From: Eledone cirrhosa
Taxonomy: Eukaryota
Length of the DNA: 64,000 nucleotides
Direction of reading: 5' to 3'
Assembly: GCA_964016885.1 (NCBI GenBank)
Contig: OZ024750.1
Location: 46,066,001-46,130,000, forward strand
A model generated the notes under the pieces. It saw only the letters and a list, made by a program, of their open reading frames with translations, ran no database searches and was not told where the DNA came from. Position 1 is the first letter of the stretch, and every line of letters begins with the position of its first letter. The translations under genes were made by a program, and so were the position numbers. Of this stretch, positions 46,367 to 58,372 are shown piece by piece.

Positions 46367-46550
46367 AAACGAAGGAGGAGTGGTAAGGAACCAGATGGAC
46401 CATAACGCACCAAAGTCTTCAATACTTGGTAATAGGAAAATGTTTAACCTCGACGGCAGAGCTCAAGCCGTTTCCACGACGATTTAATGGTCTCCAGAAA
46501 TAGCCGTCGAAATGGCTTCATCTCTGCCGTCGGGGTTAAACATTTTCCTA
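46367..46550. mobile_element. Family H fold-back element
   Basis: Homologous to 12950-13147; arms ATAGGAAAATGTTTAACC.../...GGTTAAACATTTTCCTAT. Confidence 0.8.
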
Positions 46551-46573
46551 TATATATATATATATATATATAT

Positions 46574-46999
46574 ATAATGTATAAGATCAAAAGATGGTTA
46601 AAGGAGTTCCATGTATTTTATTATGCGCATTTCAAAAACAAACATCATCATGCAATAATATTTGTGTTTTCATCAGATAAAACAGGAGAACATGATATGA
46701 AGGTTAAAAAACACTTGTGGATAGTGCAGTTTTAAATCAACATATGATATGTGGATTTAAAACTGCACTATCCACAAGTGTTTTTTAACCTTCATATCAT
46801 GTTCTCCTGTTTTATCTGATGAAAACACAAATATTATTGCATGATGATGTTTGTTTTTGAAATGCGCATAATAAAATACATGGAACTCCTTTAACCATCT
46901 TTTGATCTTATATATTATGTATACTCCAGTCCTACAAACTGTAGAGTGCGTCTTATCCGATATCTGCATTGCTTTATTGTACTACAATAAAACTCACCT

Positions 47000-47001
<2 letters not shown>
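46574..47001. mobile_element. Family A fold-back element (arms 46574-46918) with intact HHRs on both strands (46616-46682 minus, 46810-46876 plus)
   Basis: TTTTAT CTGATGA...ACAAATATTAT/ATGATGTTTGT...GAA ATGCGCAT A ATAAAA; the ORF track shows the same peptide on both strands. Confidence 0.9.
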
Positions 47002-47047
<46 letters not shown>

Positions 47048-47207
47048 TAGAAATATAGGTATTACCATACTAGATGAATCAATTTTACGCTATTGAGGTC
47101 GAGAGAGTTAAATATGAGTGTGCAGCTTTAATATTAGTGGTTTAGAATGAATGATACAGAAATACAGAGAGTGTGTTGAATAGATTGGAGGAAGTGATGG
47201 ACTGGAC

Positions 47208-47428
47208 AATGGCGGGAGCAGTGATGGCGGGAAATATGGCAGCATTGATGGCGGGAAAGATGGTAGCATTGGTGGCGGGAAAGATGGCAGCATTGGTGGC
47301 GGGAAAGATGGCAGCAGTTATGTTGGGAAATATGGCAGCAGTGTTGGCGGCATATTGGCAGCATTAATGGCGGGAAAGATTGCAGCATTGGTCGCGGGAA
47401 AGATGGCAGCATTGGTGGCGGGAAAGAT
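47208..47428. repeat. 24-bp minisatellite (GGCGGGAAAGATGGCAGCATTGGT)
   Basis: ~9 degenerate units. Confidence 0.85.
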
Positions 47429-47452
47429 AATGAGAAACTAAGAATAACAATA

Positions 47453-47605
47453 ACTGTTTTTTTTTTGCCAAAAGGGCAGCAATTATCCCGGTACATTACA
47501 GGTACTATATTTTATCGACCCCGTAAGAGTGAAAGGCAAATTGAACCTCGTCGGGATTTGAACTCATACTATAAAGGGACGTAACTCTAGGCTGCAAAGC
47601 ATGCC
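47453..47605 (-). mobile_element. SINE copy, diverged
   Basis: SINE core and B box. Confidence 0.75.
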
Positions 47606-47929
47606 AATAACGGCAGAGAGAATGACATGGAGAAAGACACCTTGTGATGCGCGTAATGATTAATAAAATAATTTAGACAGTTAAAGATTCAGAGAGAGAG
47701 CGTGAGAAAGAGAGAGAGAAAGAAGGAGAGAGAAAGAAGGAGAGAGAGAGAGAGAGAGAGAGAGGGGCGGCGGGGATGAGTGTGTGTGTATATATATAAA
47801 TGTGTGTGTGTGTCTCGAAGAAGAAAGTAATGAGGAGAGGGTATATGAAAATATAAAAAGCCCTGAAGAGAAGTAAAAGCATTTTACATTTGAAAAAAAT
47901 ATTGCTAAAATTCTGAAAGGATTGCATAC

Positions 47930-48042
<113 letters not shown>

Positions 48043-48205
48043 CACATATATATATACAAGAAGGCATGTATGCAATTAGCCGAGCAATTGTGAATAGTAT
48101 ATATATGCATACAATTAGTGATGTAATGATATATATATTGTAATGAGACCAGAGGCCGAATTCATACATTGTATAAATATATATTCTCTCTCTCCCCCTC
48201 ACTCA

Positions 48206-48264
<59 letters not shown>

Positions 48265-48629
48265 ACTCTCTCTTCCATTCCCTCCTCCTCTCCAATTCTT
48301 ACCCTCTCCCTCAGTACATTGCAACTGAATTGTAAGAATGTAACTAACTGATTTACATTACTTATATAAATTGAATGTGAATATATATGGGAATGTTAAA
48401 ATAATCTTCGGTCTAATGCAGGAAAATATGGTACCGTCAATTTGTTTTCAAATGATAATTGTATGAAAGTTCTGAGACCCTGGCTGAGTACGCCTGGCAT
48501 AAATCATGTAAATTATCTGAAACACTGGTTCACGTACACCAATATGCATACATATACACAGATTTAGAGAAATGTGTACGTATAATACATGCACTCACAG
48601 ACACATGCATATGTATGTATATATTTATA

Positions 48630-48806
48630 TATATAATAGTAATAATAATATATATGTATATATAAAATGTATATAATAGTAATAATAATATATATGTATA
48701 TATAAAATGTATATAATAGTAATAATAATATATATGTATATATAAAATGTATATAATAGTAATAATAATATATATGTATATATAAAATGTATATAATAGT
48801 AATAAT
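48630..48806. repeat. 40-bp AT-rich tandem repeat
   Basis: ATAATAGT recurs at 48633, 48673, 48713, 48753, 48793. Confidence 0.9.
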
Positions 48807-48992
48807 TGTTTCTACTTTAGGCACAAGGCCAGCAAATTACCCAGTGCATTACTGGTACTTTATTTTATCGACCCCGTAAGGATGAAAGGCAAAGTCAACC
48901 TCGGCGGGATTTGAACTCAGATCATAAAGGGACGTAACTATGCTGGAAAGCATGGCGTCCGACCCTCTACCGATACTGCCAATCCACCACCC
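48807..48992 (-). mobile_element. Full-length tRNA-derived SINE with 18-bp TSD
   Basis: A box TGGCAGTATCGG (48970-48981), B box GAGTTCAAATCC (48907-48918); GTATATAATAGTAATAAT at 48789-48806 and 48993-49010. Confidence 0.92.
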
Positions 48993-49158
48993 GTATATAA
49001 TAGTAATAATAATAATAATGTTATTAAGTGGAGTACTAAAACTGCTTTACCAGATTGTTAGAAGCTCGATGCAACGGGGTTCTCGCATAGCTTTTATATA
49101 CTAATTGTAAAAACCCCAAACATAATGCATTGATTCTTTGGTGCTTTTAAAATTAATA

Positions 49159-49212
<54 letters not shown>

Positions 49213-49216
<4 letters not shown>

Positions 49217-50870
49217 CTTTATTTATTAACCACAAGGGTTTACATAAAGTAGACATTAAGGACAGTACAGGACAATACAGGACGGTATAAATGGGCATTT
49301 CTACGAGTAAAAAAAACAAAAAGAGAGGATGTAACAAAAAAAGTACAATGAAAAATTCCCCAATAGGTGGAGGCTTCCGAGGCCATCGTGGAGAAAGCCC
49401 ATTAAAAAAGGCCACGGCGACCCTGACCACCAGGGCAAGTGCCCTCTGACAGTTTTCCACCTTCAATTTACAGGCATATACTCAGAATGGCCCATTCACT
49501 CGGGCCATTCTTGCCTCTTTCACCCACCTTTCAACAAAATGCTGGGAAGAGAGCACTTCCCTCTCTACCCTGATGTTCCTTTTCAAATGAAATTTGAAAA
49601 AGTTAATCAGGGCATTACCGAAGAGGTAAGTGCTCGTCTTCAGGCCTTTCAGACGCGTCCACCATACAATCTCTTTCGCCATGGCCACCAGACAGATAAA
49701 AACTGCCTGGCTAAAGGAAGAGGGCGGGGCAATCCTCACGATGGACTCAGCTGATAGCCGGATCCGTTCTACACGCGACAGCAGATGTTCGACATAGACC
49801 CACAAGTCAACAATGCTCGAACACTGGACGAGTGCATGTAGGACGGTTTCGTCGCCTTGCGCGCATCTCGGACATGCCCGGCTGATGGCACTTCCATGCC
49901 TGTAGAGTTTATCCCGAACTGGCAAAGCTCCTCGGTAGCACTGCCAGGCCAGATTTCATTTATTGGCCACAAGGGCCGATATGTAGGGGACAATACAAAG
50001 ACAGGGACAGTGGGGGGTTTACAATAAGGTCGAGTAAAAGTGCACAATGGCAAGACTAAGTTGACAATGAAGATATACAAATATAAAATAATCTATGTAT
50101 AAATATAACAAAATAAATTTCCCTATAGGGGGTGGACGACCCAGGGGTGACTCAGGTATCCCACCAATCCTGAACCTCCTTGCGCTTCTAGAGCACCCAG
50201 GGAGAACACCCTTCTCCTCAAATTAGCTAGCCTATAGGCGCATGGTCAAAGTAGGCCCATTCTCACTGGCCATTCTCGCCACATTCATCCACCTTTAGCA
50301 AGCAAATGTACTTCTCTCTCCACCCTCACCTTCCTTTCCAGGTGAAACTTGAAGAAGTTGATGCGGGATTGGCCGAAGAGAAAAGTGTCTGTCTTCAGTC
50401 TTTTCAATCTGGTCCACCATATAACGGCTTTCGCAACTGCCACCAGACAGAGGAAAATTGTCTGCTCTTCCTGACCAAAGGAAGGCGGCGGGTCGATCTT
50501 CACTATGGACTCGGCCGATAGTAGGATTCGTTCTACACGCGACAGTAACCGATCGACAGAACTCCACAAGTCAGTAATACACGGACATTGGACCAGTGCG
50601 TGCAGTACGGTTTCGTCGCTCTGTGCGCATCTTGGGCAGGCCCGTCTGACAGCACTTCCATGCTTGTAGAGTTTATCCCGAACCGGCAGAGCCCCCCGGA
50701 AGCACTAGCACTGCCAAGCGAGGGATTTCTTGAAATTGTCCATCGTCCACAGCTCGAAAGTCCTCAGGAACAGACTGGTCAGTTCGACTTCGTCGACTCC
50801 CAAAGCTTCTCCGAGTCCGTCATCGCACTTGCCACCACTAATCCTCTATAGAACTCGAGAGTGGAAGTTC
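49213..50870 (-). mobile_element. Two head-to-tail 3' fragments of a Tx1/L1-type LINE (~49952-50870 and 49213-49950)
   Basis: CCHC knuckle PVRDKL...CPRCAQGDETVLHALVQC and downstream region present twice; both 3'UTRs end TTGTGG..AATAAAT. Confidence 0.8.
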
Positions 50871-50920
50871 CACTGATCGCATTGCCCGCTTAGTGGAGGG
50901 CAGGGAGTGCCTGATAATAA

Positions 50921-50971
<51 letters not shown>

Positions 50972-50977
50972 TAATAA

Positions 50978-51856
50978 ACCTACACAAATAATAAACCTAC
51001 ACAAATACGTGACTGATAGTAAGGAGCCAATGCTCAGAACTGTACTGAAGGAGGGGAAAATAGGCCAGGGGATGTCCAAGGAGGAAATAACATCAAGAAG
51101 AAAGAGCAGCCTTCAGGAAAAATCCCTTCATAGTACCTTCTTTGAGAAAACTGAATTTAGAGATCCACAGACAAGGAACTGGTTAAAAAGAGGAGACTAG
51201 CCCACTGTGCAGGATCTGTGGAGAGAGAGAGGAGACTGTGGCTCACATTGTATCCGAGTGGAAACACCTAGCCCAGACTCACTATAAGGGCTGGAGACAT
51301 GATGTGATGGGCAGGGTGATCCACTGGCACCTATGCAAAGTAAACAATTTACCACATTCTGAGAAGTGGTATGAGCATAAGCCAGAGGCGGTGATAGAAA
51401 ACGATCAGGTGAAGGTGCTGAAGGATTTTAGGATACAGACGGACAAGAAACTGGAACACAATAGACCTGACCTGGTGGTTTTGGACAAAGAAAAAAGATC
51501 GTGCCTGATTGTGGATGTGGCCTGCCCATTCGACACGAGAGTGCAAGAGAAGGAGAGGGAGAAAATTAACCGATACCAGGACTTAAAGTGGGAGGTAAAA
51601 AGGATTTGGAACTGCCATGAAGTCAAAATGATCCCGATTGTCATAGGCGCACTAGGGACTATCTCAAAAAGTTTCCAGGGATAGTTAAAGAAAATTGGCC
51701 CCTTCACGCTTTTTGGAACGCTTCAAAAGGCATGCTTGCTGGGAACAGCAAAAACCCTCCGATACGTCCTGAATATCTGAGGCTGCAGGTAGTGGCTTGA
51801 TATTCATCTCAACAAACTTTCCAGTTAACTAACATCAATGACTGAGACTCAAAGAG
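50978..51856 (+). mobile_element. R4/Dong-type non-LTR element 3' fragment (restriction-like endonuclease) inserted in (TAA)n
   Basis: CRIC..ETVAHIVS, RHD, RPDLVVLDK, IVDVACPFD, EKINRYQDL, PIVIGALG; (AAT)n on both flanks. Confidence 0.88.
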
Positions 51857-51863
51857 TAATAAC

Positions 51864-51887
<24 letters not shown>

Positions 51888-51894
<7 letters not shown>

Positions 51895-52072
51895 GTGAAG
51901 ACTAAAATCCAAAGAGGACTCGATAAGTATAAATATATATCAAATATATAAGGACCCTAGAGCAAATATTCATTAAAATAACAGATTAAAGTTTAAGCAA
52001 AGAATCTCTGTTTTCACCCTTAAATGGATCTTCTGAAAGAGTTTTAGAAGATCCCGTTAAGGGTGAAAGCAG
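51888..52072 (-). mobile_element. Family D fragment folded back at the HHR 5' edge
   Basis: TTTCACCCTTAAATGGATCTTCTGAAA gagt TTTAGAAGATCCCGTTAAGGGTGAAA. Confidence 0.75.
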
Positions 52073-52104
52073 TAATAAATATATATATATATACTAATAT
52101 ATAT

Positions 52105-52544
52105 ACTAGACCTGAAAATGCACAAGCTCAAAAGAGCCACAGAATGTTATAATAAACTTTCAAAAGTGTGGGACAAGAGTTGTTGCTAAAAAATATTGTA
52201 ATCATTATCAATCGTACACTCTGTGGCATCCTTTTATAAAAAAGAGACTCATAACGAACTCAAGACGACACGATAATTATTTAAGCTAATGTTCAATATC
52301 TCATATTAGATGTTTAGTAATGATTAATACGAAATGCACTGAATTTTATATTATAAATTCCCTTAAATAATTATCGTGTCGTCTTCAGTTCGTTATGAGT
52401 CTCTTTTTTTATAAAAGGGTGCCGCAGAGTGTACGATAGATAACGATTACAATATTTTTGAGCAACAACTCTAGTCCCACACTTTTGAAGGTTTATAATA
52501 ACATTCTGTGGCTCTTTTGAGCTTGCGCATTTTTCAGGTCTAGT
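52105..52544. repeat. Inverted repeat, ~180-bp arms, ~76-bp spacer
   Basis: ACTAGACCTGAAAATGC...ATTATTTAAG / CTTAAATAAT...GCATTTTTCAGGTCTAGT. Confidence 0.9.
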
Positions 52545-53306
52545 TTAATATTTTTTTAAGGCAACGCTTGTAATAACTCTAGTTAAACATGATATATATT
52601 AATAATAATATTAATATATATTAATAATAAATTATCGTTGTAATGTAATTAGAATATATAATTGTTATTTTATAAATGATTTTATAAATATTATTGTAAG
52701 ATGTATAAAAATATTTTACTATAAACAACTACAAAAAACAATCAATATTAAATAAATATATTTTACATAATAATTGTTATAGTTGAATTAATAAAAATTA
52801 AATATTACATACAAATAGACTAACATTGTAATTAAAAAAATAATCTAACATAAAAAAATAACCTAACATAAAACGAACAATAATATGGACATATATACAA
52901 ATAAATATGATACAACCAATATTCTAAGCATGTTATAACGAACTGAAAAAAAATAGTTAATATAAATTTAAAAAATCATATATAAATTAACAATATAACT
53001 TACCAAAACGAGAAAAATATTTTGATGGTAAAACGACAAAATACAGGAGAGAGATTCGAAAAGCGAAACGATAAATAAACGTGCAAACAAAACGCTTTTG
53101 AGCAACAATTACTCTCGTTGGTTGATTAGCCAATAAGACGATGAAATTAGCCAATAAGACGATACATTACAAAACATGTTTGGAAGGAATCGCCACGGCC
53201 ATCGATACCCCTTTGAATATGTTATTCACAAGCTACGCATATATTGTCAGACAACATGCAGACTTAAAACATTCTGTTGTTAGTCACTGCGTGTCTAACA
53301 GATACT

Positions 53307-53420
53307 TGTTTCTACTATTGGCACAAGGCCAGCAATTACCCAGTACATTACTGGTACTTTATTTTATCGACCCCGTAAGGATGAAAGGCAAAGTTAACCT
53401 CGGCGGGATTTGAACTCAGA
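53307..53420 (-). mobile_element. 5'-truncated SINE with 12-bp TSD
   Basis: CTAACAGATACT at 53295-53306 and 53421-53432. Confidence 0.9.
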
Positions 53421-54404
53421 CTAACAGATACTAAAAGGCTGTGATTGCTTGCTTGTCTGTAATGTAATACAGCCAAAAGAGCGCAGAGACGGAAAATGCT
53501 TTGAAAAAAAGTTGCCCCTGAAATGGGAATATAAATGGAATAAAACAAGTTTCGCGCAAGTTGAAGCAAGGCGTTCGCGTGATATGGGGTTTTCTGTTTA
53601 CCTTCATAAACAGATAGAGAGAAGGATAGAGAGAGAATGAGATGGTAGTTGTGAGAGATTGAAAGAGAGACATAGAGAGAGGAAGGGGAGACAGAGAAGG
53701 AGAATGGAATAGAGAGAGCTGGTGTTGTTGTTGTGTATATATATGTGTGTGTGAGTGTGCGTATATATATATATATATGTGTGGATATATGTGTGTGTGT
53801 GTGTGCCTGTGACCAGTGTATATAGACCACAGACACCCACGTATATATATATATATATATACACACACATACCTATATATGTATGTATACAAACACACAC
53901 ATTTATATATACATACACACATGTATGTATATGGGCCTTCCAGTTTCATTTCACATTATATACATGTCTATGTATATTTTAGTTAATCAAAAATTATTTT
54001 TAAGTGAACATGATTTTTAAAAAATATTTTGAAGGGAACGTGACCCAAAGGTGGTCTAGTATATATATATAATTTCCTAATTTCCATTAGGAAAATATTA
54101 AGAAGGAAATGTAGCCATCTCAATGCAGACCTAATCATAATAATAGTCGCTCATCCAAGTTGATCCAAGATCCAAGTTGATCCAAGTTGATCCAAGATCC
54201 AAGTTGAGAAGTTCATATATGATACCCAAAATATTGGAACGAGGATTCGGATTATATGTGAGTCCATTAACTACTGCACTAAAAAGTCACAAACCAATGA
54301 TTTGGCAATGGTATATTTTAAACTAATAGGTGGAAATATAAACAAGATTGGTTTAACCCTTTACTATTTACATTACTCTATAGTTACTATTGTCTTTTCA
54401 TATT

Positions 54405-54584
54405 TGTTTCTACTTTAGGCACAAGGCCAGCAATTACTAAGTTCATTACTGGTACTTTATTTTATCGACCCCGTAAGGATGAAAGGCAAAGTCAACCTCA
54501 GCGGGATTTAAACTCAGCTCGTAAAGGGACGTAACTATGCTGGAAAGCATGGCATCCGACCCTCTACCGATACTGCCAATCCAC
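54405..54584 (-). mobile_element. SINE with 14-bp TSD
   Basis: TGTCTTTTCATATT at 54391-54404 and 54585-54598. Confidence 0.9.
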
Positions 54585-55098
54585 TGTCTTTTCATATTAA
54601 AGGTTTATCTCATATAATAGTAAATTTTCGAGATTTTGATATTATTTATTTTGTGAACAATAAATTAACGTCGGCATGCGCAGCCAGTTATGGCTGGTTT
54701 GAACAGAAAGAAATGAGACAACTCTGGCCGGATATGGTCGGTTTAAATGTTAAAGGTTTAAGGTGCATTGGGAAGAAAAAAGAAAAACCCGGGAAATAAA
54801 AACTAGTGGGAAAAATCAAGAGATAATTTTACTTTGAAATTATTTATTAGTCTCTATGTTTTGGCTTTAGAATCTATTGTCAAAGGAGGGTGGAGAGGAG
54901 GATCTTGATAATGGGTGATACATCCGAAATAGGGAACTAATAGATATTTTTATGGCTTAACATTATTTCTGATACTTTCCCTTTTTTCCTTCTCTCACTT
55001 TTCTTTTTCTCCTCTTTTCAACTTCACCTCACTTCTTTGTTTCTTCACCCGATTTCGTTGTTCTGATAGTTTCCACCCAAATGCAGTGGAGAGGATTC

Positions 55099-55163
<65 letters not shown>

Positions 55164-55169
<6 letters not shown>

Positions 55170-55829
55170 GGGATAGAATGAAACGAAATTTCATTTCTCA
55201 CTCTTAGTACGGCACTTACTTAAATGTAAGTATGTATGTATGTATACGTACATACATATATGTATACAGACGTACAGTAGTATGTATATATATATATATA
55301 CATACATGCACACATATATATATGCACGTATCGGTTTACCGAACATTTATTGTACTGCTCGGTTTGTTTGTTTGTAAACTAACAAAAAGCCCGGATTACG
55401 CCGTACAGTGTTTAGGCAACCACGTCACCATGTTGTTCAACACTGACACAGGAACGATATACTAGTTTCAAGCTTATTAGCTATCGTCAGCATCGTATAC
55501 CTTCCTGCCAGATAGTTGAACGTCTGAAAGTATATACTTTCCTTATGCATATTAACGGCTGAGCAGCCTCATTTGCATATCGAGTGAGTTCAGTCGGCCG
55601 GGCACACCGAAAACGATAAATGGAATAGAATGAAACGAAATTTCATTTCTCACTCTTAGTACGGCACTTACTTAAATGTAAGTATGTATGTATGTATGTA
55701 TGTATGTATACGTACATACATATATGTATACAGACGTACAGTAGTATGTATATATATACATACATGCACACATATATATATATATATGCACGTATCGGTT
55801 TACCGAACATTTATTATAATGCTCGGTTT
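55164..55829 (-). mobile_element. Diverged family F partial tandem (period 452 bp) with HHR at 55455-55495
   Basis: CGATG CTGACGA TAGCT aata AGCTT GAA ACTAGT A TATCG; same (TA)n junction point as 24506. Confidence 0.85.
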
Positions 55830-56160
55830 CTGGAGGTTATGGAGGGTCATATTATATTGTTATAATATTGCCAGAAATAAAAATAGAACACCCTCACTGG
55901 TTGGTTTTCGCTTCTGTATCTTTTATATGTCCATAGTTAATTTATCTGACAATCAATGTTTCTCATTGATTGACTAACCAACGGTTAAAAATACATACAT
56001 AAATATATATACATATATATATATAAGCAAAAGGGATATTTAATTTGTTGATAATATATATATATATACATAGTCTATCAAATTTCTTTCATCACACACC
56101 TGTGACATCATCAGTGGTACTATTATGTTTACCCCCTTTGTAGTGTCTACGCCATTTTTT
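55830..56160 (-). mobile_element. Diverged solo PLE 3' region (family E) with HHR at 56077-56118
   Basis: ACCA CTGATGA T GTCACA ggtg TGTGAT GAAA...TGAT; homologous to 17599-17975. Confidence 0.8.
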
Positions 56161-56281
56161 TTAAAAGATGAATAAAGTACATTTGATGAATATAAAACCT
56201 ATGGTCGAAAGAATTAGGTCCTTGATATTCTTGAAACTAACAACATTTCATCAGATTTCTTCGTCCGCGAAGAAAGATAAC

Positions 56282-56438
56282 TGTTTCTACTTTAGGAACA
56301 AAGCCAGCAATTACCCGGTGCATTACTGGTACTTTATTTTATCGACCCCGTAAGGATGAAAGGCAAAGTCAACCTCGGCGGGATTTGAACTCAGATCGTA
56401 AAGGGACGTAACTATGCTGGAAAGCATGGTGTCTGACC
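56282..56438 (-). mobile_element. SINE, 5'-truncated, TSD AAAGATAAC
   Basis: SINE core; 9-bp flanking duplication. Confidence 0.85.
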
Positions 56439-56900
56439 TTAAAGATAACGTTGAATTCTTATAGAAAGTCCGGCATATGGCCGCATGGAAACACACCACA
56501 TCCAAATACCCTATCTTATTGAGATGATAAACAGGCGGGTAGACCTCAGAGATGCTCTGCTCAACGGTTGTATGTGAGAAGCTCTATGATTAAAAAAACC
56601 TTTGTATATTACATACAGAATTGTGATTGCAAGTCCGAGACATCTGACATTTAAGAGCACCAAACTGTAAGGGGCTGAGTTGAGACAGGCTCAATAATCG
56701 CATGACTACTGAAAACCATCCAGCAATAAAGTAACACTGGGTATAACATTTAAACCAACTCCTATATTATCTGACTCAATCCATCCAACAATCGTGGAGG
56801 AAGTTCTGGAATGTCTAACATCATTTACAACACACCTACCTAGGCTGAAGTTAGAGGGGTGTCGGTTGGCAGAACATTTCTTGGGAGAGAGCAATATTAC

Positions 56901-57021
56901 AGAAGAAGAAGAAGAAGAAGAAGAAGAAGAAGAAGAAGAAGAAGAAGAAGAAGAAGAAGAAGAAGAAGAAGAAGAAGAAGAAGAAGAAGAAGAAGAAGAA
57001 GAAGAAGAAGAAGAAGAAGAA
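56901..57021. repeat. (GAA)n microsatellite
   Basis: Direct reading. Confidence 0.95.
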
Positions 57022-57599
57022 TATATATACATATACATATATATATATGCGTCTATACAATTATGTATGTATATTTCATACCTCTCGCTCTGTTGACGAA
57101 GGCCAGGTATTAAGCGACGAAATCCTAAGATACAATACAACAAGCTATGTTTATTCAATTCTTTTCTTTCACCAAGTCCCTCTATACTGTTATCCCCAAG
57201 AAACCCCTGAAATACTCCTTGTTTATCGTCCCTGCACAAGAGATCTTCATAACTACATGAGAGATACGTAGATCGAATAATATAAACGTATAAATTAGAA
57301 TGATAAAACCATCATCACTAAATGTAGAATCAGGGGTGAAATGCGGATGCTCTAAAAGTATGGACATATCAATCCTATCCATTAAAAGGTACGCCATATC
57401 CAGGGTTATTTTCAAACCAATCAATATATGAAAACATTACAGACATCGTATGGCATCTGAGTTTGTTCATTGTATTGAAATAACTATCAAAATATTTTCA
57501 TACTAAAATCAGTGAATACTTTGTTTGATGCTTTGGAAAGTTTATCTGCCGGCCTAAAATTGTGAATATTCTCTCCGCAAAATTCTATGTGCTGAATGT

Positions 57600-57635
<36 letters not shown>

Positions 57636-57806
57636 GTGGACCATAACGCACCAAAGTACTCAATACTTAGGGTAGTAGAGTGGGTAATAGGAACGAGTAG
57701 GAACCCGACGGCTGAGCTCAAGCCGTTTCGACGGCTAATTCTGGACTCAGAGTCCAGAATTAGCCGTCGAAACGGCTTGAGCTCAGCCGTCGGGGACCTA
57801 CTCGTT

Positions 57807-57811
<5 letters not shown>
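57636..57811. mobile_element. Family H fold-back element, 61-bp arms (57687-57747, 57751-57811)
   Basis: ATAGGAACGAGTAGG...CTGGACT cag AGTCCAG...CCTACTCGTTCCTAT. Confidence 0.85.
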
Positions 57812-57872
<61 letters not shown>

Positions 57873-58372
57873 TATGTTATATATATATATATGTGTGTCT
57901 TATGTATATAAATATATGTGTGTGTGTGTGTCTTACATATATATATATAAGTGTGTGTGTGTGTGTGTATATGTGTGCTTTATGTGTGTATATTTATATA
58001 AGAATCTATATTTAATACATGTGTGTTTGTATGTATACTTATACACAACGCACATAAATACGGTCTCTCTGACACACACACACACAAACACATATATGTA
58101 TATATATATAAGACATATATATATATATATATATATATAACATACATATTTATATATAACATATATATATATAAGTGTGTGTGTGTATGCGTGTATATTT
58201 GAGTGTATAGTGAGAAACTCACAGAAATGTAAAGATGAATCAAGGAATTGTAATAACATAAAACAGTTTAATTTGATAAAATAATGCGATCGATTTGTTG
58301 GATATATAAAATCAATCAACAAACAAAAACAAACATTCAATAATATTTTGCATCTTCTCTTGTCACTGAAGA

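Noticed and set aside
48807-48992. tRNA gene
   Set aside because: The A/B boxes belong to a multicopy SINE with a tail and TSD; no full cloverleaf.
57088-57132. TTGACGA...GAAATCCTAAGA hammerhead-like motif
   Set aside because: U3 with G8, weak helices II and III; single copy, so no covariation support.
57250-57600. Coding-looking minus-strand segments (e.g. SYIDWFENNPGYGVPFNG)
   Set aside because: Short, interrupted by stops, no recognisable family; would need a tBLASTn hit to support.
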